Shown here: positions 36,472-49,221 of the stretch, piece by piece
Layout of the letters: each line of letters starts with the position of its first letter
Position numbering within the stretch: the stretch's first letter is position 1
Origin: Somniosus microcephalus
Taxonomy: Eukaryota
Assembly (NCBI GenBank): GCA_052327205.1
Contig: CM126220.1
Location: 39,804,001 to 39,868,000 of the forward strand
Reading direction: 5' to 3'
DNA length: 64,000 nucleotides
Notes under the pieces: model-generated
Database searches by the model: none
The model's input: the letters and a program-made list of their open reading frames with translations, nothing else
Told to the model about the DNA's origin: nothing
Translations under genes and position numbers: made by a program

Positions 36472-38196
36472 CTGACAAAGGGAAAAAAAAATTTGTTTCT
36501 GCAGTCAAATAAAATATTTTTAGAATCTTCCAGAACGGTATAGAAAATAAAAACTGACATCTCTGACTGTATTCTAGTATCAAAGGCAGCTTTTGCTCCA
36601 ACACATTAGCAGAAAGAAAATGGCTATTATGAAAAGAGAATCCATCCTGCTGTGCCTCAAGCACTGCAAAAGCTTGTCTATCAGTAAAGAAAAACAGAAC
36701 TGTCCTTACCACCAGCCCTTATATAAAAAAATATAAGCCTCCCTTTAAATGCAAGTTCCATTAGTGCTTTGTGATTTAGTACCAAACCCAAACATTGCAG
36801 CTTTCCAGATGTTTCCCCATCTTTGAATAAAATTATAACTGCTGCCTACCTGAGTAAAGATAGTGAATCCTTCAAATGTAAGAAACCCAATAAAAAGCTT
36901 CTGAGAAACACAGAAGTCTACACAATTTATCTTCATTGCTGTAAAATCATTCATTGTACAACACACATTACTGATTACCAGAATATACCATTACTGCTCA
37001 CTCGGCTATTTATAAAGAAAACTGAACATCACCTGTTCCTTAAAAATCATACCTTAAGCTGCACAGAGAAGTAATAAGGGGAATAATTATCCTGTAAAGC
37101 TCGGATATCCATTACTGTTAATATTAAGATATTTTCTTCCTTGAAAAATGATTCTGAAGGTATGATCCAATTATACGCGTGAGATAATGCACCTGAATGC
37201 TCAGTGCCATCATCTGTCATATGCACCAGAGCTCAGTTGCATAACACAACGATTCTGATGTACAGCCTCCAACCAGCTGTCCTACTACTACAGGCTGCTG
37301 AATCTTTAGCTATCGCACTCCCAACAAATCAGCTTTTATGCATAAGTGACATCATCTAAAGCTCTATGGCCTCACAGATTCTCACCTTTATTTCTAAGAA
37401 CTCATTAAAATAACAGGAGTTCCTGAAAACATCGCAAAAAGATGATATTGTTTGAAAGATTTATGAAACGACCTGTCTCTTCCACCAAATCTCTTATCCA
37501 TGTACCTTACATAGACAGTTAGCCTCTCTGGCATTTGGGCAAGACAGGAAGAATAAATCCAGTCATAAATAAAATGCAAGTACTTTTAACAAAACAAATC
37601 CGCCTTTCTTGTGCTGCATTCTGCAAATTGGAATATTTATCCCCGATAACACATACTTCATCTTTAAACACCAGAAAATTGCCTGACAGTGCTGTCAGCT
37701 TTAATCAGGTCAGAAACCATGAACTACAGCAACACAACAACTGAAGTAAATTACATTACTGATCTGTATCCAGGAATGATGCACAATTTACAGGATTATC
37801 AAGCAGTGACTTTTAAATCTGAAATTTCCAGCAAACCAGATTACATAACATACAAAATTGTTTCCAGAAACATAATCACATAGTAAAAAATGTTTTGGTT
37901 AATTATCAAAAATGCAAATGTAGCTATTTTTCCTCTCATTTCACTTTTTAAAGCATCGTTTAACACCTGTTCTAAAGCGCTCAACTCATTTTAACCTTTA
38001 TTTTACTTTAACATTTTTTTTTTTTATAAAAGATAATGGTCTAGATATTCATAGACTATTCTATCGCAGATTGTTCCAGAATATATATTTGCTTTGGTAG
38101 TTTTTTTCTATGAAACAAAGGCCGAGAAAACATCTTGAGCAAACTATACAGAAAGCAGAAGTTTCCCAGCTGCGTAGGAAAGTATTTTGGCTGACG

Positions 38197-38685
38197 TGTA
38201 ATGAAATATAGTTGACCACTGTCTAAAAGGATGATCAATTTAGACAATGGAACAGGTTCTGACAAGGATGAGGCCCCTTTGGTTCTGTGTGTTCAGCAAT
38301 CTGTTCAATGGCCTATGGGTTATCGGATGCCCAACAAAATTAAACACAATGGCCTATGGGTCACATGCTAAAACTCAATGACTTAAGTAAATTGGAAGAG
38401 TCACAAATGTGACCATATATGGGCAATGAGGTTACTATAAAAAAGGGGGGGGAAAAAGCACTTGGCACCTGTCACTTCGGAAAAACAGGAGCCAGCATCC
38501 AAACCCAGCCGAGTGTTCCGAGCGTGAGTATACAGTCAACTGCTTAATTACAGCTTGTACTAGAATAGGTTTCATAGACTCTTGTTAACCGTCTATTAAT
38601 GTAGTTTCTAATTAAGTGCGCATGGACTTTTGACTAATAAAGTAATATGTTCAAGTGAAGTTAATTAGAAGCTAAACCCAATACA
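38197..38685 (+). mobile_element. Putative solo LTR
   Basis: tgtaatg...caataca ends, TATAAA at 38436, AATAAA at 38636; the flanks gacg/gatt match only partly. Confidence 0.45.
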
Positions 38686-39748
38686 GATTTTCCAGAAAAT
38701 GTTTGCATTACTTATGCCACACCAAAATTTCCTGGGACATTTATACCGTGAGAACTCCCAAGCTGAAATTTATGAAGGACAATCATGCAATACAATGCGA
38801 CTGACAGCAACTTTTGACAGTTTCATCGTCTTTTTAAAATGGCATTTTTCAGTTTGTTGCTTCATCAAATTTGCATATGGTGTTGTATTAACATGAATAG
38901 ATTTTGGAGGTCTGATTGGAGAAGTGTGGACTTCAATTTGGTCAGTTTTACATAAAAACCAGAAAGAAGATTAGATGGTTGCTAGGACCCAGAAATTAAT
39001 CTTTTAAAAAACAAATCAAGTTGTAAGATTTAGTATCGTCACTGAAAGAACTATGGCAAACATGGCTTCTGATTTACCACCATGCTCACTGATGTATTCG
39101 GATTAGAAATACAGGAAAATATGGAAGATGTTATCAATGGTGAAATCAGCATGCTAGATGGCAACGGCATATGTCGCCGATCTCACCAATGCATGAAAAT
39201 CTGGGCCAATGTTTACCTGCCTTTGGATACTTCCACATGCTATTCATGCTCAATTCTTTGTCCCAGCAGAACAGTATTTGCTCCCTAGTTACCTGATAAC
39301 TAACAAACTGACTCAATGGGCTGGATTTTTAGCCAATAAAGGAAAGTGAACCTAAAAATGTGTCTTGGTCAAGAATATGGGGAGGTTGGACATTTTCAGA
39401 CTGGTATTCACAAGCCTGAAGCAGCCCAAAGTGAGCGATGAAATAACTTGTTAATTGCTCAGGAAGTACCTTACCAACAAAACAAATTCTCTTACCAGAG
39501 TTAAACACAATATGTTTATTTTAAAGTTGACTTATCCAATAAGATTTGCTCTTAACTGAAAACACTCATCATGAATGCACCATTCCACTTTTGCTAACAG
39601 ATCCTAAACGGAGTATAATATCCAGGTTTGTGGTGGAGGGTATACATGGATACATAACATATATCCACTTTAAACTTTTGTTGATGAGCGTATGGTTACT
39701 TCCAGGCAGGTAGAAGCAGCACCATATCCTCGTCAACTGGCTGCCCAC

Positions 39749-39874
39749 AAACGTTCCCTCTAATTTTGTTTGGCCCTGCGCGGTCCCTTTAAGGGGCCAG
39801 TCAGAATACCGCATATGCGCTGTTTTTGTATTGAAAAGCTAGCAAGCTGGCTGTGCAGCTTACAGGGAACATTG
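39749..39874. mobile_element. Small hAT MITE, 126 bp
   Basis: TIRs aaacgttccctctaa / ttacagggaacattg; 8-bp TSD ctgcccac / ctgcctac (7 of 8 match). Confidence 0.8.
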
Positions 39875-40125
39875 CTGCCTACCCTACCAGGGTTTCCGGC
39901 ATCATTCCTGCCCGACACCCAAGCCCCGTTGCAGCCGCTAACAAGCCCTGTTGCTGCCATGGTAAAAGCTGAAATGACCAAACAAGATTACATATAGTGG
40001 GACAGATTCAGGTGAAGAATGGGAAGAGACAAGAAAACCTGGGAGCAGCAATTGTTGGGGAGGAGGGTGGGAGAAAGAGGGAGAACACAGTGCCAAAGTG
40101 GACAGCGGAGGTTGTGGTGCCTCTC

Positions 40126-41076
40126 GGTGACATCATCTAAAAATACATCAGGTTCTACATGTACGCTGATGACACCCAGCTCTACCTCACCACCACCTCT
40201 TTTGACCCCTCCACTGCCTCTGTGCTGACAGAATTTCCTCCAACATTGGGAAGACAAAAGCCACTGTCCTCGGTCCCCACCACAAACCGCCCCTGTTCCC
40301 TAGCCACCAATTCCATCCCCTCCCTGGCCACTGCATCAGGCTGAACCAGACTGATCGCAACTTCGGCGTCCTATTTGACCTTGAGCGGAGCTTCCAACCC
40401 TCATATCCTCTCCATCACCAAAGACTGCCTACTTCCACCTCCCTAATATCACTCGTCTCCGTCCCTGCCTTAGCCCATCTGCTGCTAAAACCCTCATCCA
40501 TGCTTTTGTTACCTCCAGACTTGACTCTTGCAATGTTCTCCTGGCTTGCCTCCCATCTTCCAACCGCCATAAACTTGAACTCATCCAAAACTCTGTTGCC
40601 CGTATTTGACCTCATACCAAATCCCAGTTACCCACCACACCGGTGCTCGCCGACCTACATAGGTTTCCAGTCCATCAACTCCTCAAAAATAAAATTCTCA
40701 TCCTCATGTTCAAATCCCTCCACGGCCTCGCTCCTCCCTATCTCTAACTTCCTCCAGCTCTACAACACTGAGACCGCTACGTTCCTCCAACTCTGGCCTC
40801 TTGTGCCTCCCCCATTTCCTTTGCCCGACCATTTGTGACCATGTCGTCCTCTGTCTGGGCCCTAAGCTCTGGAATTCCCTCCCTAAACCTCTTCGCCCCT
40901 CTCTCCTCCTTTAAAATGCTCCTTAAAACCTGCCTCTTTGACCAAGCTTTTGGTCGCCTGTCCTAATGTCTCCCTCTTTGGCTCAGTGTCAATCTTTCTC
41001 TTATTTCGCTCCTGTGAAGCACCTTGGGATATTTTATTACGTTAAAGGTGCTATATAAATGCAAGTCGTTATTGTT
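40126..41076 (+). mobile_element. L2-like LINE 3' portion
   Basis: YADDTQLY motif at 40159, followed by the same 3' region and tail as the other copies. Confidence 0.88.
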
Positions 41077-41391
41077 GATCAGCATTAAATTGTCTAGTAA
41101 GTATCTTAAAGAAAATGTGATGCCGAAGTTCAATGTGACAGACAGGAGGAAATGCACACCATTTTTATTACATTAATTAAAGACATGAAATGAGAATATT
41201 AAGAACAGACATTTAATTTAACGAAAAGAAACAATAATTAGAGAAGACAGGTCCACTCTTATTTTTAAGCCACCCTTGGTTGCAATTTAACATCAGCTGT
41301 TTGCAATCCTTGGATGATGTCTCATTCGAGCAATGCTTTATATACTCTGTTCTGGAGCCCACATAGAACAAAGCAATGGGTCAGTTCTTAC

Positions 41392-41529
41392 CTCATTTTG
41401 AAGCTTCTGGTTGTTCAGCCTGGACTCTTTCAATTCTACCAAAGTTTCAGTCTTCTGTTGGTCCAGTATATTTTTTTCCTTCATAACCTGCTCTAATGTC
41501 TTTCCAGCCTCTTCAGCTTTTTTGGAAGC
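41392..41529 (-). CDS. CLIP1: CLIP1 exon, 138 nt, phase 0-0 (ASKKAEEAGKTLEQVMKEK...QKLQNE)
   Basis: tttttag|GCT ... GAG|gtaaga; similar to human AAQTAEDAMQIMEQMTKEK...KLQNE, with 7 extra aa. Confidence 0.92.
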
Positions 41530-43364
41530 CTAAAAATACAAAAAAGTGTCCTAGTGTGAAATAAATGTTTAAAGTTTCACTGAAACAGGGAAATTCTGAA
41601 AGTTACTTAAAACACTTCTTGCATGTGGACAGATTACATTAATTGATGTCTTGCACATAATGTAATCCTGACACTTGAAAAATAGATGGTGGAAATTTGT
41701 CATGCTAGTTTTATTTTTAGAAATTTTAACCATATTGTTTTTGTGCTGAACCTGTATTTTCACATTCCATAGAGTCATGTCGAATGCTAGTCACCATTAC
41801 CGTTAAATACTCTTTAAAATTCTGCAGAAAGTATATGCAGCAAAATCATACATTTCCAATGTGTCAGATCCAGTTTCATGCCAAACACGCCATTGATTTT
41901 TTAAAAATTTAAATAATCAACGTAGGGAAAACCAAAGCTAAAATTCACAGACATTAGAAACTGCCAACAAGCCAACTCACCTTGTGAATTACAAAGAGAA
42001 AATTATTTTGAAGAATTAGACATTAAATTATGTTTTGAGGATAATTAAAACATTGTCTGCCACATATTACTTTGTTGCCAATTTGCGGTATTCATTTAGC
42101 TTGTTTTAAATACAAAGCACAATTTGGAATTTTTATTAGTAGATTTCGCTATTAAATTTCAAAGGACTAGCTTAAATGTACAACCTCACATTCTTTGCCC
42201 ACCAGTTTTCTTCAGAACATAGTATGCTTCCATGGACACTGGCACCCCTCTGGTGTTTTATCAAGTGTTCATTCTTCATGTGTGAGCTGAGATGGTGAGT
42301 GTCCACATCTATTCAACCACAGGCGCGGGGAAGAAATCACGGCTGATAGTGATCCTGACCTCGCATCTTTCTCATGCGCATCCACTGTCCACCAGGTGTC
42401 ACTGAATAGTGAACAGGAGTGGAAACCCTGGCGAATATCCCCCCCTTCTATAACTACTCCTATTACAACAACTTGCAATTATAAAACATCTTAAATATAG
42501 AATAACGTTTCAAGGTGTTTCACAGAGAAGAAATAACAATTCACTACTTCGAAGTACAGTAGTTCGTGAGTGAAACATATGGAGACATTTCTTTGGCACT
42601 CCATAAGTGCAAGCCTTTCTTTTCTCCCCTATTCCAGAGCCACTTAAACAGTTGTAGTCGCAAACCAACTACAATCAGTGAACTCAGCCCAGATCATGAT
42701 CAAACCTAGGAGCTTCCTGGTCTGTATGGTTGAGTACAATGCATTCACTCACTCAATAGTTTACACTTGTATATTTCTGCCTAATGGCTTCAAATTGGTT
42801 TTGCCTTTGTTAAAATTAGCTGTTGGCAGTTTCATTGTGGATGTGTGAAGTTTTAAGATTTTAGAAATAATTGCATTTTGTTTAAAACACAAAATTTTAA
42901 AAGAAAATCAGGATGAATTTTTTTTAAATAACCAACATTTGTTGAGGATAAACAATCTGTTAAATTTGAGAACATGTAAAATAGTCCTTTTGGTAAACTT
43001 GAACAGGACTAAAATGAACAGAAAAATCTAAACCTTTTCTGTTTTAAAGCATACTTAAACCTTCATTTTATCCACACCCTAGAAACAAGAATTCTAACTG
43101 CATATAATGCAAATTAATTCAGGAAAAATGAGAAACAGGACTTTTATAATGAATATAATTACCCGTGCAAAATGCCCACACCATTTATTGGAGTGACAAG
43201 CCACAAAAATCATTTCCCAGAATTAATGTAATTGAAAGCATAGTTGACAAACTGTGTTAATAGAGCTGATCAAAAAAGTTCAAAACCAAACCGGTTAGTG
43301 CACTCATTAGTAAACAAAAGTGCCCATGACTTTCTGGATTTATCTGAATGCTTATATTTGGTAC

Positions 43365-45650
43365 CTCAATCTTCTCTGATAAAGTAATATTCTGATGAAC
43401 CTGAAGATCTTTTAATTTGGAAGCAAGATCCTCTTCATGTTTCAGCGAAAGCTCCTTCTCACATACCAGTTGCTGGAGCTTTGCTACAGTTTCTCCCTGG
43501 TCTTGAGCAGAAAGAGCAGCCTCTTCACGTAACCTGCAGAGGGATTCAGCTAGCCCGTCCTTCCCTCTAACGAGCTCTTCTTTTTCTGTATGTAGTTTCT
43601 GTACTGTTGCCAGTAAATTATCTTTCTCTTCCCATAGCTTTACCCGATCCAAGTCGGACACATCCTGGCGACTGCGAAGTTCATCCAAGAGTCTCAAACT
43701 TTTTGATTGTGAAGCCTGGAGCTCTACTTTTTCTTTGGTTACGATATCAAACTCCTTCTTCAGCTCTTCAACACTGGACATCAGCCAATTTTTCTCAGCT
43801 ACTAAGTCTTCTTTCTCACTAGCAGACTTCTTTTGTTCAGTATCAATGACCTCTTTCTCTTTTACTAGCAAGTTTTTTTCTGAAAGTAGTTCATCATTTT
43901 TAGCTTTAAGAACACCCATTTCTTTCTGCAACAGCTGGAAATGACTTTCAAGTTTTGAATGAGCCATAATGAGAGTCTCTTTTTCCATTTTTGCTGCATC
44001 CCTTTCTTGTATTAGTTGGTTTTCAAATACTCTCACCTGTTCATTCAATTTATTATATTTTTCCTCTAATTCCACCCTCTGTGTAATAAGATTTTCTTTT
44101 TCAGAGCACTGTTCCTGAAGTTCAGCTGCCAGTCTCTGCTTCTCCTGCAACAAGCAAAGTCTCTCTGAATCCACAATCTTTTTGCTGTTCTGAATCTCAT
44201 CCAAAAGTGTAGACAAACTTGATTTTGAGACCTGGAGCTCTCCATTTTCTTTGGCCAATTTATCAAGTTGTTCCTTTAAGAACTCAACGTTGCCAAGGAG
44301 CTGATCCCGTTCTGCAGCTATGGCTGTATTTTCAGAGACTACCTGCTGTTGCTTTGATTTAAATTTGACTAACTCGTCTGAGAGAGATTCATTTTCTGAC
44401 AACTGCACATTGCTTTTTGATTCCAAGGTCTCCTTCTCCTTTTGTAAAGATTCACACTGGGTTTCGAGCTGTGACTGCCTCAGCAAAAGTGAGCCTTTCT
44501 CTGTTTTTAGAGCATCTTTTTCTTCACTCAGCTTCTTCTCAATGATGGCCGCCTCCTCAATTGATTTCTGCAGCTTTGCAGTCAACTCCATTTTTTCCTT
44601 AGCAAGTTCGTCCCTTTCTACAGTTAGTTTTCTCTGAGACGTAGTTAGCTCTTCCTTCTCTTGGAGCAGCTGGGCACGTTCAGAGTCTGTTACCTCCCTA
44701 CTATTCGTGATCTCATCCAAGAGTTTTGACTGGCTGGATTTTGAGGCCTGAAGTTCTGCATTTTCCTTCATACATGTTTCTAGTTCTTTCTTCAAAAGAT
44801 CATGATTATTCTGTAGTTGATCCCTTTCAATAATGATAGTTTGCTTTTCAAAGATGGTCTTCTGCAAACATGAACCAAGATCGCCCTTCTCTTTCTCAAG
44901 AGTTTCATTTTCAGATGCAAGCTCATCACTTGCCGATTTCAACAGAATTTTCTCCTTTGCTAAATGTTCACCTTGAGCTTCGAGCTTTGAGTATTTTAGT
45001 AAAAGAGAGTCTTTTTCCACCATCAGACCATCTCTTTCTTTCACCAGCTTCTCAAGAGCAATTGCTGTCTCTTCACGTGACTTGTGGAAATTTTCGGTAA
45101 TCTTGTCTTTTTCTTTTGTAAGTTCCTCTCTTTCTGTAATCACTTTCCTGTGGGCCGATAACAACTCTTCCTTTTCTTGAAGCAGCTGTGCTCGTTCACA
45201 TTCTGTTACTTTGCTGTTCATCTCTACTTCTCCCAGTAGTTTACTTAGATTGGATTGCGAGACTTGGAGGGCGTCATTTTCTTTGGTCAACATATCAAGT
45301 AGCTGCTGCAACTGTTTGATTTCCATGAGAAACTGGTCTTTTTCAGTGGCTAAAGCATCCTTTTCCAGGCCAAGTTGTTGCTGATTACACTCAAAATCTT
45401 GCCTTTCTTTGAAAAATGCTGTCTTTTCCAACTGGAGTGCCTCATTCTTTGATTCTAACACTTGCTGCTCTTTCTGCAGGGAAATATACTGTAACTTCAG
45501 CTCTGCAAGTTCAGAGAATATGGACTCTTTCTCGGATTTTAGTGCATCTCCTTGCTGGATCATCTGTTCTTTATCCCCCTTTAGAGCTCTTATATCCTCT
45601 GCTATTTGCTCATACTGAGATTTGGCTGATGCTAGCTCATTGGTTAAAGA
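43365..45650 (-). CDS. CLIP1: CLIP1 giant (probably alternative) exon, 2286 nt / 762 aa coiled coil with a 172-aa internal repeat
   Basis: Polypyrimidine tract plus tctgaag|TCT acceptor; GAG|gtacca donor; uninterrupted E/K/L-rich ORF (track ORF 43257..45563); phase 0-0, so it can be skipped in frame. The donor position is inferred. Confidence 0.85.
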
Positions 45651-46399
45651 CTTCAGAATTTAAGTGGGGAGAAAAGGAAAACAAAAACATAGTCAAGCAG
45701 GCAAATGAAAACAGCATGGATTAAAGACAATACAAAAGGTAAAGTGTGCTGCTCAAGCACAAAATAAAAACACAACTGTCCTTGGATTTCTCAGCAGATT
45801 TATGGAGGAATGACAGTGCGCTGACCTAGATCACAGTGTTCGAGTAAAACTAAAAAAATCTACCATAAAGTTTGGTGTAACAATCATTCTTTATAAACTG
45901 TAAAATCTAAGGGAACAGCATTTATATAACATCTTGTCACTTCTCTCTGAAACACCTCAAAGCACTTCACGCCACAAATTATTTTGCAATGTCAGCAATG
46001 TTTTTGTACTTGGCATAAAAAAATTGAGATGTGGTACACCAAATGATCAATATCAGATTTTACAGTAATTCTGCTGCCCTTTGAGATGCTCAGAGTACAG
46101 TCTATTAGGAAAGGTTGTGTAATACCGTACAATTTCGAACACATCACAGCTCCGTTTGTAAATGTTGGCCTGTGTAGAATGTGTTCTCATTTAAAAAAAT
46201 GGAAGGGAAGATGGGAAGTGTGTTAAGCATGACACTGCACTGACTACACCATAGATAAGGAGTTTTGCTTGAATCAAAGATTGATTGCTCTTTAAAAGGA
46301 GTTTTTAATCAGGAGAGAGTAGAAATCAAAAGGAGCATTGCCTCACAACAGACTGACAAGCCAGGTCAGAAGCACTTTTTCTCATCTTTATATTCAAAT

Positions 46400-46745
46400 C
46401 TCTCGGTCTCACCCCTCCAGCCCTACAACACCTTAAGAACTTGGTGTTCCTCCAACTCTGGCCTCTAGTGCTTCCCGTACTCCCTCCAACCCACTGTTGG
46501 CAGCCATGTCTTCAGCTGTCTAGATCCCAAGCTCTGGAATTCCTTCCTAAACCTCTCCGCTTCACCACCTTCCCTCTCCTCCTCCTTTAAGATCCTCTTG
46601 AAGCCCAACTCTTTGACCAAGCTTTTTGTCATCTCGACTAGTATCTCCTTCTTTGGCTCAATGTCAATTTTTATCTGATTATGCTTCTGTGAAGCACCTT
46701 GAAGTTTTTCCAGCTTAAAGATGTTATATAAATGCAAGTTGTTGG
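46400..46745 (+). mobile_element. L2-like LINE 3' end
   Basis: ctccagccctacaac...ctctttgaccaagctttt...tatataaatgcaagttgttg. Confidence 0.8.
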
Positions 46746-46774
46746 TGATATAGAAAAGGAAAATAAAGCCCAGT

Positions 46775-48195
46775 GGACCGGATTTTGCTGTGAAAATAAC
46801 GGTGAGATTAACAGCGCTCACCGGCATTTACATGCAGATTGGACAGCAACTTCCAGCGAGCGCACATGCTCAGTTAATCTGGAAGTTGCTGTCAAAATGC
46901 GCTGCCCCTCTAAGCTGCGCGAAAACGCATCTCGCCATCTGGCTCCCCATTCAAATGTATTGAACAGCGTGAAGTTTCTGTACATTGTAGATACAGACTA
47001 AACTCGCCACAAAAAGTTGTCAACTCATTCCAGTCTAAGTAGCCTTTTTAACAGCGTGATAAGTTTAATTACTGCCAAATAACCTCTCTGGTACTAAAAA
47101 TTAAATTTAACAAGTGTGGGGTCTCATTCCTTCAGATTTTAATTATTGTTGGAGTTTTTTTTAAATTGAAATTAAAAAAAAAAAAGTTTGTCTTTTATTT
47201 CTCCTCTTAATCCAATCTTTCTTTCCCTCTCTATTTCGCTTTCTGTATCTGATTTGACAATAAATTCACTAATCTAATTGACACTTCTTGGTTCAGACAC
47301 TGCTCATTGGTTAAGGAGATACATAGGGGGGGGGAGAAATTTATTATAGCACTGTTTGGGGTGCTAACTTTTAAAAGTTGAAAAAATTAGCGCCAGGTGC
47401 TAATGTTTCTCAACGTTTAAAAATTTGATTTCGCGCTCCAGTAAGGAAGTGGAGCGCTAAATCAAGCTCTCCACTTCCTTCCTGGAGTGCAACAAGCGGT
47501 AGGTGTGCAGCGCTGCCACGTTGGAAGGCTCCTTCCCTCCCTTAAAAGGGAAGGGCCATCGCTGCAGGCTCTGCAAGGGAAAAGCGACTTACCTGGTCCC
47601 CACCGGCAGCCGCAATCCGGCCTGATCAGCCCGATGCACTGCTGCAGAGTGCCGGGCTGATTGAACGCTGGGGGAAAAAAGGAAAAAAAAAAAAACCCAG
47701 AAAACGAGCATTTGATTATTTTTTCCCTACCTCAGCCACCTTGCCTTTATCACCCCCGAAGAGCCCAGCCTCCCGATGAACGTCTCCTGCAGCTGCCGGT
47801 CTTGTCACCCGGCGATGCTGCAGGGGGCGAAACCGAAGTTAGTGTCCGGGTGGATGACGTCATGATCTCCAGGCAAAGGAAATCGGGGCGCAACGCCATA
47901 CCGCTGCTGCAAACCTCCCGCCGAATTTAGCAGGAGCCGATATTCTCGCTGAGCCTGGGTGGCAAGTGGTTAGTGCCCTGTTATCACCCTTCAGAGGCGA
48001 TAACGGGAGGCGCAAAGATACCCAATTTCTCCCCCATTGTTGCTTGCCCTGTTCTCAGGTCCCAGATGCTCTGTAGAGGGCGGCGTGCCGTTTGGATGTT
48101 TAGCTGACAGCAACTTGCTGTGCAAAACCCCATAAAAAAACCTATGGGCAAGTGCAAGTCATCGTTCGTTCGACGCTCACAGCAAAATACGACCA
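46775..48195. mobile_element. Nested non-autonomous TIR elements (outer 46775-48195; inner about 47326-48035), possibly PIF/Harbinger-like
   Basis: Outer ends gaccggattttgctg / cagcaaaatacgacc; inner ends gggggagaaatt / aatttctccccc; both CpG-rich. Confidence 0.6.
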
Positions 48196-49221
48196 AATGA
48201 CTATGAGTCTATATGGTATGATGACAGAGCATCAGTCTATAATTTGAATTTACTTTTTGACCAGTGTTCCAAAGCAAGCATTTATAATGTTAATGTTAAA
48301 GGCCCATCTAAATTTGTGCCTGTTCAAATTGTTAATGCCAAAAGCCATGATGGAGAGTGGCAACTCTGCAAAAAAAGGAACGTGAATTTGTTCCTGATAA
48401 ATCAGCTGAGGAACCCGAAGACTTTCTTGTACCAAATGACAAGTGTTTCTAATTTTCTGCAAGAGCATTGCAAACACAAAGGATTATTATAAAACATGAT
48501 GAATGGAAAACGAAAGCAAGAAATAAATCCACAGGGTGCAGATGAACAGCCAACTAATAAGAATTGTCTTACTATTGCTGCTACAAATGCAAGTTTCTCT
48601 AAAATAAAAGTGCATAAATTAGCATATTAAACAAAGTAACAGCAAAAATAGCTATTCTTATGTGGCATCTACTATTCTTGTCATGAAAGATAAATAAATA
48701 AAACATGTACTATATTTCCTAACAAATGAAATTCATGTTAGATAATATGCGTATTTGGGAGAGGCAAGACTGAGCAGATCACAGATATTTGCCACCAGCC
48801 TTTATTAGCTGTGCTTTGGTACATTTATTCTAACCCTAAGAATTCATCTTGTCCACGAGTCTCAAATGGTGCGAGCATTTATTCACTGAATATAGCATTT
48901 AAGTACTGAGAATGTAGTTAAAATCAGTTCTTTTAAGAGAATTATTGAACTCCAGACACTGCTATAGTAGTAAATGAGCAAGTAGTTCTATTATCAACTA
49001 TTAACTCGTGTAGGATACAAGGCTGCCTGCTGCATATTAGTAATTTGCTGCTGATTCACGAGCCATTTAATCATAAAAGTGTAGATGTGCAATAGAAGTT
49101 GCCTCAAAAAGCCAAAAGGTGCAATACAGGATTAATTCCGTGTATATTTACCATTTACTACCCAAACAGAACCATTTTTGTCTAAGAGACAGCAAGTAAA
49201 TATATATCATGAAAACAAAGG

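Noticed and set aside
43257-45563. 768-aa ORF as a standalone gene (SMC, golgin or myosin-like)
   Set aside because: The frame stays open upstream of the Met to a splice acceptor at 45650, and it sits in phase between two CLIP1 exons.
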